DNA of 64,000 nt from Lama guanicoe (GCA_013239625.1 MU053594.1:2050127-2114126), one strand, 5' to 3'; positions 1 through 14,256 are shown, counted from the stretch's first letter. Numbers and translations are program-made. Notes: a model not told the origin generated them from the sequence alone.

Positions 1-2
1 TA

Positions 3-101
<99 letters not shown>

Positions 102-569
102 TGACCCTTTGAATAAAAGCATGAGTATTTCTGTTTTCCAGTGTTTTTAAAGAATTTGTTACCCACGATATTAGTAAGTACTAAGCTGAGCCTGATGCTT
201 TGGGTGCAGAAGAAACAGGACACGTTTCTTCTGTAACGTTGTGGCCAGACACATTCAGACGTTAACTATTTAGCTAATAGGGAAGTAAGATGCAGGATTG
301 TGAATTTCTAGTTCATTCTGTAAAACAGATCTAAGAGGATTCTTGACTGAGAAGGAATTAAAGGCTGTTAAATTATGTTCAGAGTTGTTTATGACAGTAT
401 AATGCTAAATAGCCTGTTGAATAAATGTCAAACTTGGGGGGAAAAAAGGCTGTGAAGATTGTGACAGGACCATCTAGTTACATATGGATTCTATGGCTGG
501 TTTTGTGTGAGTGTCCATCTCTGGGCCAGATACCCTTGCTGATGAGTACTGGGTTGTTGTCATTTCCAG

Positions 570-670
570 ATACAATTTATGATGAAGATGAAGTACTGTT
601 AGCTCTTGCTGAGCAGCTGGGAAATTTCACTGGCCTGGTAGGAGGTCCTGACTTTGCCCACTGTTTGCTG
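570..670 (+). CDS. PPP2R1B: PPP2R1B exon 3 ([34 protein letters not shown])
   Basis: ttccag|AT ... CTG|gtgagt; 101 nt; within ORF 425..703. Confidence 0.96.
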
Positions 671-1429
671 GTGAGTATATTCTGCCTACTCCTCTCCTTC
701 TAGAACTTTCACAGTATAAACGATACATTGTTTGGTGACAGGCACACTGCACCATTTTTTATGCAGATCTTTTTATGGATAGTCACAGTGTTAGTTATAG
801 AGAGAACAAATAATGTAGACACTTTGGACTCAACTCTTTCTTATTTTTTTTCTGACTGTGAATGTAAGAACTTCCTCTTTTCTTAATGAAAAGACTTATT
901 TGTTAGTTTAGAGGTTGGGAGGAGAAAGAGTTGTTTTGTTTATGGTTTTTTCCCCCCTTATATTGGAAATCTTAATTCTCTTCCAGGAGTGTGATGCCTT
1001 TGGGAATGTTTATTAGTTTTGTCTTTAACTATAAGTGTAACTTTGCTTCTGACTTACTTTGTGAATTTGATGAGTGCAGTTTAATTTAGTTGACATTTAT
1101 TGAGAACCTACTATATCAGGCACTGAAATTACAGTGTTAATGTTAAAGAAGAGCATTGTGGATGGAGGGAGGTCTGAGTCCTTATGTGTCAACAAATAAT
1201 TACTGTGTGGTATTAGGTGGAAAAATGTGAAGCACATACGAGGTACCCAAGTAACAGAGAAGAGAAAGCAGTTAACCCAGGGTGATTAGGGAAGACCTGT
1301 TGGGAGAGAATGTCTGAACTAGGGCTGAAGGGTGAATAGGAACTTGACCATTGGACAAGATAGGGATGTATGCTTCAGGGCTTAAATATTATCTATAGGT
1401 TATGTTGCTAACAGAAATCTTGTGATTTC

Positions 1430-2390
1430 TGTCTTTACCTCTAACCTTTCCATGGAACTCCAGATACAGATATAGAAAAACAGATAGAAATATCTATGTT
1501 TGTCTCTCTCTATGTATATCTGCCTGATTTTTCTACTTGGATGTCAAACAGGCATTTCACATTTAACGTGTCTAAAACAGAACTCAGTTTTCTCCCCAAA
1601 ATATGCCTCCTAATTAGTTGCCCCAATCGCAGTACGTGGCATCACCATCTACCCAGTTGCATGAGCCAAAACCTAGAAGACATTCTTGAATCCTCTTTCC
1701 CACATTTCCCACATCTAATCCTTTAGTAACACTTGTAGATTCTCTGTATATTCCCATTCAATCCACTTTCTTCTGTCCTTGCTACTACCTAGCTCACCAT
1801 TTCTCTAGTCTTTCCGGATCACATGATCTTGCTTGTAGATTACTGCAGTAACTTTCTAACCAGTTGCCTTCCCCTCATCCCTCCCACCCACCACACTACA
1901 GTTCACTCTTCACCCAGCAGGTGGATCACTCACTCCCTGCAATGGCTTTTAGAAAATCTAGATTTCTACCTTAACTTGTACCTTAGTTTACAAAACTTGC
2001 CTCTGTGAGCTCATCTCATATTCCTGCTGATAACCTCATTCCATTCATGATGGTCTTTCTGTTCTTTGACCAAACCAAGGTTATTGCCTTAAGACTTTTG
2101 CCCTAGGTGGTCCCTCTAATAAAATTCTCTTTTGAGCTTCCTGTGACTGGCTCCTTGTCATTCAGATATCAACTTTAATGCATCTCAGCAAGGCCTTCCT
2201 GACCTCCCAACCTGAAATTGCCTCCCCGTCACCCCTTGTCACATCATCCTGTTCTGTTTCTTTGCAGAGCACTCAGCACCATCTAATTGTTTTCTTGACT
2301 AGTTATCTTTCCCCATTAGAATGTAAACTCCATTAGGGCAAGGAAATCATCTGCCTTGTTTCACCTCTATCCTCTGTGCTAGAGTGCAAC
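1430..2390 (+). mobile_element. LINE-2 3' region relic
   Basis: L2 motifs ctacttggatgtc..aggcat, tctaaaacagaactc, tagaatgtaaactcca..gggcaagga; approximate limits. Confidence 0.65.
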
Positions 2391-3644
2391 AATAATTGTG
2401 ATTTTAAAAGAAAGTTTAAGGGTTGTGGAAGAATGGAAGAGGTTGAGTTGTAGGAATATAAAATGTTGGAGCTGGAGGAGGCGGAAGTCGTGGTGGGGGC
2501 AGTAGGAAGAGGGCATGGAGAAATAAGCAGAATTCAAATCAAGAGACAAAACTCTGTGTGAATCTCAGGAGCTTGCCCTTATTCTGTAGCAGATTATACA
2601 ATGATACTGCCTGAGAGGAGGTTAGATGAGGCCTGGGACAGAGCGTGAAAGGCCTTTGCAAGCAAGAAAGCGGTATCTTTTCAAAGGGCTTCTGAAATCC
2701 CTCTTAGGAAAACTGAGTAATTTTTACCTCTGTGTATCAAATAACGTTTGAAATGTATTATTGGACATTCATACCTCTTTCCTTTGACTCATAATTCTTT
2801 TTACTTTCTTGGTCAATTCTGCGTGTGGGTTTTGTCTTAACGTTTGCACCTAATGGCATGTGCGGAATCTGCCTGGACCAGATGTGCACCCAGAAGGAGG
2901 TTCAGAGAACCAGGCCTCTTTCTGTTTTTACTGGGCCATGACATTCATGCACTGATCCTAGCCCAGACCAACCCCTTTGGTCTCTTCTATTTCTAAAACT
3001 GCAAGCAGGGTTTCCTGCCATTTCTGTACTCATCACTTAATTGTTCTTTTGGAAACTCTTGCTCTGTCTGGCTCATGGAAAGATTCTGGATGTATTCCTA
3101 AAAAAGTGATTTTAGACTCAGCCTTTTATAAGTTGGATAAGTCGATGGTGTGGAGCTAGTGGACAAGCGTAGCTTTCACTTCCAGGAGTGGTAGAATAAT
3201 ACTCCAAAGGCTGTGGACTCAGTGGCTGGATGAGATGTCATCATGTAATTATGGTGCCCAATGTTGGTCGTGTTTTTGCATTTCCTCTTGAGGACGTACA
3301 CATGCTCCTGTCTGAATTTGGCTACGTATCTTTAAAATCTAATGATTCTGCTCGCAATAATACTAATATTATGTCAAGTCTCTTCCACTGTGTGTCATTC
3401 GTAGACACCATCTGGGAATTGCCATCTGGGACATGAGATCTTGGCTGTCCTACAGAAGTCGTGTCTTCAGGTTGGACACACCATATGTTAGCACTGTGTG
3501 AACTGAAAGTAACCATTTGGTGTGATGGAGCTAACATTCTGGTTACATGTACCACCTCCCTTCAGTCACTCTAAAAGGTGCTAATCTGTACATAACCTGA
3601 TTCAGTACGTTTTCTTCTCTGGTTTTCCTTTTTGATCTATTCAG

Positions 3645-3877
3645 CCTCCTTTGGAGAGTCTGGCGACCGTGGAAGAGACAGTGGTCCGGGACAAGGCCGT
3701 GGAGTCCCTGCGACAGATCTCCCAGGAGCACACCTCTGTGGCTCTGGAGGCTCATTTTGTTCCTCTGGTGAAACGCCTGGCGAGTGGGGATTGGTTCACT
3801 TCTCGCACATCTGCATGTGGTTTGTTCAGCGTTTGCTATCCCAGGGCTTCAAACGCTATCAAAGCAGAAATTAGACA
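3645..3877 (+). CDS. PPP2R1B: PPP2R1B exon 4 ([23 protein letters not shown]...KAEIRQ)
   Basis: ttcag|CCTCCT ... AGACA|gtaaga; 233 nt. Confidence 0.96.
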
Positions 3878-4155
3878 GTAAGAGCTGGTATTTTTTACTT
3901 ATTTGGGGCTACTGGGAACTCAGAGCTGACAAGTTACACAGTACCCTGCTACCAGTGTGTGGCCGGTATCGGATTGATGGCGTCACTTTATTGTCCATTG
4001 AATATACCAGTGGAGTTTTCTTTGTTACTTCTACGAATAGAAGCCAATCCCTGAGGTTTGTAAGAGAAAGCCTCTAAAATCTCCGTATGTATGTTGGGGG
4101 ATGTTTAATCAGTGACGTTTGACAGGAAATACCTTCATTATTTTGTTCGCTGCAG

Positions 4156-4303
4156 GCACTTCCGTTCCTTGTGCTCAGATGACACACCAATGGTACGACG
4201 TGCTGCTGCTGCCAAATTGGGTGAATTTGCAAAAGTTTTGGAACTAGACAGTGTGAAAAGCGAAATTGTTCCATTGTTCACTAATCTAGCTTCAGATGAA
4301 CAG
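4156..4303 (+). CDS. PPP2R1B: PPP2R1B exon 5 ([26 protein letters not shown]...ASDEQ)
   Basis: tgcag|GCAC ... CAG|gtaggt; 148 nt. Confidence 0.96.
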
Positions 4304-5459
4304 GTAGGTTAATTCAGTAATTAAGGTACACAGACGTGCTTCTCGAACATTTTAAGAATATCTTTGGGAGTTTTGGTTCTCATGTTAGGATCCTTTTTGC
4401 AAAGTTAATTCTTAATTCTGGCCTGGATAAAATTTAGCATGATTCATCTCAGTGTCCTTATAATTCTTTCTTAACAGGAGCATGATTTTCTTTTATGTTA
4501 GCAACTGTTAAAAGGAGGGGGTATCGAAGAGGAAATGGGAGCCATAATTAGAAAGGAAGACCAGCGCTGTGTTGAGGGTGACACACCCTGGGTACTGCAG
4601 GCCGGCTTGTCGGGGAGAGTGGTGTCTCCTAGTTTTTGACTTTCAGATAAACAAGCGTAGCAGGTGTTAGGAAAGCTCTGTGTCCTCTGTATGAGTGTGT
4701 AGGATGACTTAGCATTATAACAACTACAAATTCAAAGATCTGGATCTCAGTGGTGTAGAAATAGCAATAATGAAAGCTAGCAAGCACCTGTAGAAGTCTT
4801 TCTCAGCCTGGCTTAAGTGAATTACGTATGTGCCGTAATTAGTCCTTACAGCAGCCGCATGAGGTGGATACTCCATTCTACATGTCAGGAAACAGGCTCA
4901 GGAGATTGAAGGGACTTGTCAGGGCTGCACGGTCAGCAGTGTTGGAGTTGGGATTCCAGACTAGGAGTTTGGCTCTGAAATTCATGGCCTTTGTAGCTTT
5001 GGAGGGTCAACACTTTCTGGACTCTAAATGAACAGCATTTTGGGTTTTTTAATTTGCCAAGTGTCTGCCCTAGAATCACTTCATGTGTACAGGACTGAGA
5101 GCACCAGACACATACGAATGAGTCTCATTTGCAGATTCTAGATCTAAAGATGGTAAATCTTTCAAAATAATTTTTTAAGTATATTAAAATAATATATAGA
5201 AAACGGCACCAAGTGAATATGCATCTTAATGAATTACTACAAGTTAATGTCATCTTGTAACTCATCTGTGAAAGGAGACAACTTTGACAGCCACTACCCT
5301 AGAAGCCCCCATGGGCTCCCTCCCAACACCGCTCCCTTCCCAGTTCCCACTCCTCACTCTCCGCCCCCCCCCTTAAGACCAACATTTTATCTTGACTTTT
5401 GTGGTAACTACCTCTTCTCTTTGTACTTTTATTACTCATACATTATAGTTTAAAATATC

Positions 5460-5670
5460 AGTGTAACAGAAATATAATGTAAACTAACTGTTAATTTTAA
5501 GGTTTGTAATCACCATATTTTAAAAAGTAAAAAAGTGAAATTGATTTTTAAAACATGTTTTATTTAACCCAGTATATCCAAAATAATTATCATTTGAACA
5601 TGTGGCACTAGTTATATTTCAGGTTCTCAGAAGCCCCATGTAGATAGGGGTTACCAATTGGACAGCACAG
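5460..5670. mobile_element. hAT-Charlie MITE relic (MER3/MER33-like)
   Basis: Recalled motifs tttatttaacccagtatatccaaaat and ccaattggacagcacag terminal; approximate limits. Confidence 0.6.
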
Positions 5671-5723
5671 GTTTACAGTCCTCATTTGGGATTGTGTTGA
5701 TTATGTTTCTCATGGTATAATTT

Positions 5724-6216
5724 TTTTTAAATTAAATTTTATTTTTTTAACTTTTTTTATTGAGTTATAGTCATTTTATAATGTGTCAAATTCCAGTGTA
5801 GAGCACAATTTTTCAGTTATACACGAACATACATAAATTCATTGTCACATTTTTTTTTGCTGTAAGCTACCACAAGGTCTTGTATATATTTCCCTGTGCT
5901 ACACAGTATAATCTTGTTTATCTGTTGTACATTTTGAAATCCCAGTCTGTCTCTTCCCACTCGCCGCCCCTTTGGCAACCGCAAGTTTGTATTCTATATC
6001 TGAGTCTGTTTCTGTTTTGTATTTATGTTTTTTTTTTTTTCAGATTCCACATATGAGCAATCTCATATGGTATTTTTTTTTCTCTTTCTGGCTTTCTTCA
6101 CGTAGAATGACATTCTCCAGGAACATCCATGTTGCTGCAAATGGCGTTATGTTGTCGGTTTTTATGGCTGAATAGTATTCCATTGTATAAATATACCACA
6201 ACTTCTTTATCCAGTC
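5724..6216 (-). mobile_element. 5'-truncated LINE-1 (ORF2 C-terminus, 3' UTR, polyA) with TSD
   Basis: ORF 6040..6222 WIKKLWYIYTMEYYSAIK...PFAATWMFLENVIL is the typical L1 ORF2 end; polyT; TSD tctcatggtataattt (5708-5723) / tctcatggcataattt (6217-6232). Confidence 0.9.
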
Positions 6217-6285
6217 TCTCATGGCATAATTTAACGTTTTCTTTTGTCCTCTGTATTTCCTGCAAGTTGGTAGTTGAATCTAGAG

Positions 6286-6493
6286 TGAAGGTTTGTGAAC
6301 TTTTTCTGTAAAGGATCAGATAGTAAATATTTTAAAATTTTTGTGGGCCAGCCAGTGTCTGTTGTAATGACAAAGCTCTGCTGTGGTAGCACAGTCTAAT
6401 GTGTAAGCGAATGGGCATGGTGCTGTGCCAATAAAACTTTATTTACAAAAGCTACCTGCTTTCCATATTCGGCCCTTTTTTGCCCCAGCCCTG
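6286..6493. mobile_element. hAT-Charlie MITE (MER58A-like)
   Basis: aactttttctgtaaagg..cagatagtaaatatttt, ccaataaaactttatttacaaaa; flanked by 8-bp TSD atctagag (6278-6285, 6494-6501). Confidence 0.75.
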
Positions 6494-6679
6494 ATCTAGA
6501 GGCTTAATGAGAATTAGGTTTGACCTTTTTCGGGTGATAAGATTACTGCATAGGTGGAGGTTACTTTTCATCAAGGTATGTAATGTCTGATTACATGTGG
6601 TATTAACAGTGATGGATGCTCAAAAAAAATATGTGTGTGTATGGAGACTTTACTTACTGATAGATTGCTGCTCCTGCCT

Positions 6680-7500
6680 TGTTCATTCATTGAGAAAATA
6701 TTTATTGAGCACCTTCTACATATCAATCACTGTTCTAGAGCTGGTCTACAGTGTTAAACAAGGCATACAGGGACTGTGCTGTCGTGGCGTTTACATTTTA
6801 ATGAGGGAAAACAGATAAGCAAAATATTAAGGGTTAATACTATGATGAAAGTAGAGTAAGGTGATGTAGTAGAGAGTGATTGTAGCACTTTCCTCTAGCC
6901 TGGCTGGTCAGAGAAGGACTGTGAAGGGGGTTTTAAACTGAGACATGAACAAAAAATGCCAGCCATGCCCTTTCCTAGAATGTCAGAGCTCCAGGAACAG
7001 GGCATTGCAGGAAGAGAGGACACCCGTGTGAAGGCCCTAAGGTTGGAACATAGAGGGTGAGAGGGACTCTGATAAGAGATGAGTTAGGAGAAGATACGCA
7101 GGGACCAGGCTGTGCAGGACCTTTAAACCAGGGCATAGCGTTTGGATTTTCTTTTCTAGGTGCCCTGAGAATAAATACATCACGATTTTAAGCTGGGGTG
7201 TGATTTGATGTAATGTACATTTTTAAAAGAACATGCTGGCTTCTGGGTGGAAACTGAATTGTAAGAGGGGAGGGTGAGAGTAGAAACGGGAAGACCAGTT
7301 GGGAGGCTTCTGTAATCATCCAGGCAAAAGACAGTGGTGAAGCGTGGTGATCCAGGGGAGGCGGAGGGAGTCTGGAGATGGGAGGGAGTCGGTAGAACGA
7401 CAGTTGAATTTAATGAAGGGAAGAGGAATCAAGAACTGGATTTTTGGCTCGAGCAACTGGGTGGATGGTGGTGTCATTGCTGCAGTGGAGAAAGTTCCAG
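6680..7500 (-). mobile_element. LINE-2 relic
   Basis: cattcattgagaaaatatttattgagcacct start plus purine-rich L2 body; approximate limits. Confidence 0.65.
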
Positions 7501-8256
7501 AATTTGTACGTATGTGCATATATGCACCTACTTTTACAATTTTAGTCCTGTTTTCTTCTGGGTACTCATGTTTACTTGTTTTCAGTTCCTACTAATAGGT
7601 TTGTGGTTTCCAGATCTGTAGTCTCAATTTCTAAGTTTTCATTGATTTGTCTAATTGTGTATTTCTCCTTGGCGCAAAGGACCAATAGGTGTTACACTGA
7701 TGCTTGGCAGTTTACATTTGGAAAGCTGAGTTCATTAATCTCAGGCCTTTCTAACTTTCTCTGCTGGGTTTTTCTAGGCTTGGCTACCTCAAAGTTATTC
7801 TGTCCTTGATCATAAACATTTAAATATAATGTTTTTAAAACATTACTTTTAAGATGAGTTATTCTTTGTATTTCTTTTCAAGTCATTATCTTACGCCTAG
7901 CCTCCTCACAGCCACCCTAAACTGAGGATTTTGAAAACTCAGCTTCCTGAGTGGTTCACTTACCCTTATTCTCTTTCTCTGCTCTGATCTGCTCTAAACA
8001 ACTTGTGTAAGGGTAGTTTTCAGTTTTGCCCCTCATTTCTTATAATGAGGGTTTAGAGACATCATTAGAATGTTCTCTTTTTTCACTTAATCTTTACATT
8101 TTCATTTCATTTTCCTTAAAGTCCTGTACTCTAACCAACATTATTACTTTGCAGTTCGCTCAGAACAAAGTCATTTCTGCCTTTATGGCTTTGACATGCC
8201 TTCCATTCCAGGCAAAGGGAGCAGCTGTTTCAAGACAGAAAGACATGAGCTGCATA

Positions 8257-8258
<2 letters not shown>

Positions 8259-8306
<48 letters not shown>
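8259..8306. repeat. (GT)24 microsatellite
   Basis: Perfect dinucleotide run 100 nt upstream of PPP2R1B exon 6. Confidence 0.97.
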
Positions 8307-8308
<2 letters not shown>

Positions 8309-8406
8309 TTGTGTTTCCTGACACCCACAGCACTACCCTACACCAGACACACTGCCGCGTGGCTTTCAGTAAATACTGTGTAACAGAAAGAACTTTTATT
8401 CGTTAG

Positions 8407-8562
8407 GATTCAGTGCGCCTCCTGGCTGTGGAAGCCTGTGTCAGTATTGCCCAGTTACTGTCTCAGGAGGACCTCGAGGCTTTGGTGATGCCTATACTTC
8501 GACAAGCAGCAGAAGATAAATCTTGGCGAGTTCGCTATATGGTAGCTGACAAATTTTCAGAG
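8407..8562 (+). CDS. PPP2R1B: PPP2R1B exon 6 ([18 protein letters not shown]...[16 protein letters not shown])
   Basis: gttag|GATTCA ... GAG|gtaaaa; 156 nt; translated by hand. Confidence 0.95.
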
Positions 8563-8675
8563 GTAAAATTATTGCACTGACGTTGATTAAGAACTAAAGA
8601 AAAAAACTGGAAACCCACTGATTTGCTGTTGTACCAAAAGTTTCTGAATCGAAAGTGCTTGTGGCAAAAGTATCT

Positions 8676-9144
8676 ATAGATCCTCCTCAAAGTATGATGG
8701 GTTATGTCCCAATAAACCCATTGAAGGTTGAAGGGCATTTAATTCACCTGACCTCCTGAACATCATAGTTGAGCTTGATTGACCTTAAATGTACTCAGAA
8801 TACTTACATTAGCCTGGAGTGGAGCAGGCAGAATCATGTAACACAAAGCCTGTTTTATAAGAAAGTGTTGGCTGTCTCCTGTAATTTATGCAATACTGTC
8901 CTGAAAGAGAAAACCAGAATGCTTGTAAGTGTCTGGTGGTTCCTCCTGGTGATCGTGTGTCGACTGGGAACTGCGGCGCCCTCCCTCTGCCCAGCTGCAC
9001 AGGAGCATCGTACTGCGTGTCGCTAGCCTGGGAAAGTCCAAAATTCAACATCTGAAGTTTAGTTTCTATCATTTGTATTGGTTTCATACTGCCATAAAGT
9101 TGAAAAATCACAAGTTGAACCTTCATAAGTCAGGGACTGTCTGT
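8676..9144. mobile_element. TcMar-Tigger non-autonomous element (Tigger5/MER47-like)
   Basis: Recalled motifs gatgggttatgtcccaataaacccat, aacatcatag, and terminal ataagtcagggactgtctgTA. Confidence 0.7.
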
Positions 9145-9218
9145 ATTTGAAGACTGCACTGTTTTGTGTGTTCATGTTATTTTAATGTACATTAAAACCT
9201 TTACAAATTCTTTTATAG

Positions 9219-9333
9219 CTCCAGAAAGCTGTGGGTCCTAAAATCACCCAGGATGACCTCATCCCCGCCTTTCAGAACCTGCTTAAAGACTGTGAAGCCG
9301 AAGTCCGAGCAGCTGCTGCTCACAAAGTAAAAG
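9219..9333 (+). CDS. PPP2R1B: PPP2R1B exon 7 ([38 protein letters not shown])
   Basis: tatag|CTCCAG ... AAAG|gtgaag; 115 nt. Confidence 0.95.
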
Positions 9334-9768
9334 GTGAAGGAGTTAATTGACATTGTAGTACGAATCATTCACTTTGGCTCATTTTTTTTAATGTCATTGA
9401 ATTTTGTGTTTTGTTTTTTTTGTTCTAGAATATGTTTTCAAATCACTAGAGGTGATTTTAATGTGTTGAAATGTTACATTGTCATATAAAGCTACTCCCT
9501 TTATATATAAACCAAACAGCTGTTTTACCCTGTTTTTGAAAAAAAAAAAAAAAGCGTTTCCAGGTTGGGTTGGCATGGTGCACAGTGGCAGGTAGATTGA
9601 TGGAACCAAGTGTATCTGGAAGAACCCATTTTTCCTCCTTGGAGCTTATTTCCGTACACATACAATTTGATTTAACTTGAAGCTGTTGATAAACCTGCTT
9701 CAGTCTCTTCATTTGGCTCCTTGTAAATGGCTGTGTAAGCACTGTTTTCTTCTGTTTGTCTTTTTTAG

Positions 9769-9839
9769 AACTTTGTGAGAACTTGCCCATCGAAGGTAGA
9801 GAGACCATAATTATGGATCAGATTCTGCCCTTTATAAAG
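9769..9839 (+). CDS. PPP2R1B: PPP2R1B exon 8 ([24 protein letters not shown])
   Basis: tttag|AACTT ... AAG|gtaaac; 71 nt. Confidence 0.95.
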
Positions 9840-10273
9840 GTAAACCTAACTTTAGTTTTTCACTTTGCCATATATGAAGGGAGATCAGACCTCAGTTTTT
9901 ACTTTTATTTATGTATTTATTTATTTTTCCCTCAGTTTTTATTTTACCTTAAAGCTCTTTGAGTTTAAACACGAACAGGAGATGAATGGGACAGATGTTA
10001 AGGTGTGACATTGTTATTTATCACTTATTAGTGCTTTATGATATTTTTATATAATTATATGTAGTTACATTTATATATACGTATATACTGCTTTATACAC
10101 AGTTGTAAAATGCACTGTGGTGCTTGGGTTTATGTTATCTGGCAGGTAGTCTGAGGAAACATGAACTAACCAGTACTGAAATAGTGCTGTCTTTCAGAAT
10201 TCCTTGGGAAATGGTATGGAAGTTCCTGTTGGCTTGCGAAAAAGAAAAGCTTCTCATTTTGATTTTATTTTAG

Positions 10274-10438
<165 letters not shown>

Positions 10439-10714
10439 TGACAGCCAGTGATTTGGATTGGTTTTTGTTTAGGGTCTCACTAGAACAGAACCCGAAAAAG
10501 TAACTCACTTTAAACCAATGCCAATGTTTGGGCATGGGGAGTCACAGGCTTCCCAGAAAATAGGCACAAAGAGCCGCTGATAAGGACTTAAAAATGTCTC
10601 TCCATCTTCTCTGCCTGATTCCTGCTTATATTCCCTGATTTCTTCTCTTTAAACTTAACATATCTTTGTTTGGAAAGTTTCTTTCATTTAACTATAATAA
10701 TGTCACAGTTATGA

Positions 10715-10935
10715 TAGGTAACGTTCGTTGAGTACTATGTGCCAGGCATGCTCATAAATGCTTTGCAGGTGTTATTGCATGTAATTCTCACGACAGTCTA
10801 ATGAGATAGGTCTTACTATTATCCCCATTTTACAGATGAAGAAGGTGAGGCACAGAGGTGGGATAACTTACCCAGGATCTCACAAGGGCAGATTTGGGAT
10901 TTGGATTCATGTAATTTGATTCCAGAGCTGTGCGC
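10715..10935 (-). mobile_element. MIR SINE
   Basis: Core attatccccattttacagatgaagaaggtgaggcacagag. Similar MIR relics near 4780-4980, 46820-46990, 48800-48960, 56220-56430, 59000-59190 and 63170-63350. Confidence 0.75.
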
Positions 10936-11131
10936 TTTACTTTTCTGTAGACTTTTCATTGAAGGTTCTGGTTAAGATCAGTTAAATTTATGTGCTTTGA
11001 ATTATTCATATATTCAAGTATTTCTTTCAAGAGTATATACTTTTTTCACCTGAGTCAGTTCTGTCTTATTTTAAAATTTATTTATCAGTTTTTACCTCCT
11101 CATGACAGTAGGAATTGGGCAGAGAACTTAA

Positions 11132-11509
<378 letters not shown>

Positions 11510-14256
11510 TGACTCTGACAGAAAGGTACTGTAGAAACACATTTCACCTCGCCACCGTCTGAAAGCATAGCCATAGAAGAAATGTCATTCATTTCTTCTT
11601 GTGTATAACATAGACTTAGTGATACTTAATGTCTCTGTGACTTAAGGAATATTAAATTGAGAGGAAAAGACACTGTGGTTTCAAGATAAGTCTGTTTTGA
11701 TTTTTGCTCAGGGCAGCTTCCCTGTTTGCCTCTATTCTGAGCAAAATGTCTCTGGTCACCACTTTTCGTGCATCCTGGTTAAAGGGAGTTGAGGACTCTC
11801 CACATAGAAAAGGACTGTTGAGGTTTGTAGTGCTAGTGTTTTGGCCCAAGTCCAAGTCCACATTATCACTTTCTATGTTACTGTTTTGAGATTCATGGTT
11901 AGTTTTACCGATACCATATTAATTAAAATTTTCATTGCTGGGTTGTATAATGACATCCTTTTTTTTCTTTTTTAGTAGGTGCCCTGGACAGTTCTAAATC
12001 TGATATGCCCTCACCATGTGGGTAGCACTTATTACAGCGTATAAACTGTTAAAATCTAGTTGGGGAGATAAGACAGCTGTGATCTTTTAGGGCAGGGACT
12101 GTGTTCAGTCTTGCTTCCAGGCACCTAGCATCTGTTGATTGTTGAATAAATGAATACCTGAATATTTTTTGAGAAAGCTCAAAATATGTCAGGTGACAGC
12201 TCACTTTACTGTAGTTTGTTTCCCCGCTTTCACCCCCACTTCAGTTCCTTTCAGATCATAGCATATGAGATTTATTTTTTCTTTTCTTGGATTACTGAAT
12301 TTGTATTGATAATTTTGGGACGCTTAGTTTATGAAATGGGTCTTGTGCATGTCTGTGGCATCATATGTTTTATAAAGTTTCAAGTGTCCCTTTCTTTAGA
12401 GTGGATGCCAAAGATATCAGCATACAGGTTATCCCCACTGTCTGGCAGTAGCGTGTTCCTAAGAAAGTTTTTGTGAGCCGAAATGGTGGAAAGCGAAGAA
12501 GCAATTGCCTTATGACACATCTTACTAACAGATACACAGAATAAATGGAGACAAAGCGCAGATGCTCACAGTTCAGAGCCGTGGCGGCCTGATGCTGAGA
12601 TGCTGGGTTAGTTCCCGGGAAAGGAGCTTGATGGTGCCGCTGGCTGCCGGGGTGTGTGCTGCCCCTGTAACGGCTCCTTGCAGAGCAAATGCTGAACGTG
12701 ATTTTCGCCTTTTTTTTTTTCGGTAAAATGAAAATCCCCATCGGATTTCTTTTGATTAGCAAAAACGGGTACTAATGTAGTTCTTTTGTAAAAGTGAAGT
12801 GGTGTAAAGTGGAACTAAAACTGGAAAAGTGGAGGGTACCTGTGTAGCTGATGGGGTCAGGTGAAGTCCTCTTGTCACTGTCTTTCCTCTGTCACTCCCA
12901 AGTACTGTGACTGTCACAGATCACCTCTCCAGAGTGGAAAGGAGCAGTAGTTAGCTGGTTTGCTAAAGCCTGAAATAACTGTTCAGAAGTTGGGGTGAAT
13001 TTTAGTAGCATTGCTTTTTTCTTCTTCTCTCAGACCCGGGAAGTCTGCAGAGGGGGGGGAGCTGTCGGGGGGAGCGTGGAAACAGGCGTCTGGTGACTTT
13101 GACTGCCTCCTGCTTGTGTAGCGGGGTGACATGTATCAATCGGGAACATTTTGTTACAGAACTTCGACTTAGTATTATGTATTTTATCCTTTTTTGAAAA
13201 ATCTGTAAAGACTTTTATATCAGGTAGTCCAGTTATAATATAACATTTTTTCAGGATGATGTGTGGCCTGGTTTACGGACCATGGTGTGGTGAGTAAATG
13301 TCAGGTTAAACCGTAAGAACCAGGAAATAAAAGTTAATTAAGACTCAGGAAAAAAAATCTGTGACCTGAAATGAAAAAGAAATCTTGGAGAGCAGACGTG
13401 GTAATCTCAGTGTATGCCACAGCCTGTTCATAATCTATTATTATAGAGCCATTTTATCTTATTAAATCACTATTTTCAAAGCACTGTAACTTTTTATTAC
13501 ATCTCTTTGTTTAAAATATATAATCACTGATCAGAAACTTCTTAAGATCCAAAGAAGCTAAAGGTTGAACACATAGACCTCAGGAGGGAGGTGCTGGAGG
13601 GTCTGTATAAATCAGCTCTCGGAGCTTGTCCCCAGTTGGCTGGTCCCTAGCCTGTGCTGGAGTGGCCACCGTTGACAGGGAGAGCAGAGGTGGGAGAACC
13701 AGGATGGCCCCCCCCCGTGGCTGTGCCGGGACCACGCCACCTGCCTTGTTCTCGCTCTGCTTTCTCCCATGCCTCCCAGAGTCCTCTCTTTAATTGGAGG
13801 GACCTGTATTTCTTGATGTCAGACTCTTTATCCTTAAGGATTTATTACGATATTAACCAAAAAAGGGAAAAATTGGAGAATTATTAATATTATTGACTGG
13901 GATTTTCCTGGTAGTTCGTTTTTACAGATAGTCTGGAGCTTGCTAGCCAGACTGCAGCTGCGTGCTTTCCGCTCTTCTGCAGCACGGTGCCTGGCTCCCG
14001 GCCACCCTGTCCTCTCCCGCTTAGCAACGCCTGGGCCATGTCACTTATGCTTTCCTTTATGGTTTCTGTCCAATAAAATAGATTTACAGTTTGTAAATCA
14101 AATCCCATGGTATCCCTTTTCAGCTGGTTCATGAATTCAGCTCATTTGGAAATAAGTGTTATTTTAGCTTTCAAGTCACTTTGGTGTAATGTAAATAGGC
14201 CATCTTGTTTTCTAAACTTTGGAGACATGTATTAATGGAATCTTCTGTATCCACAG

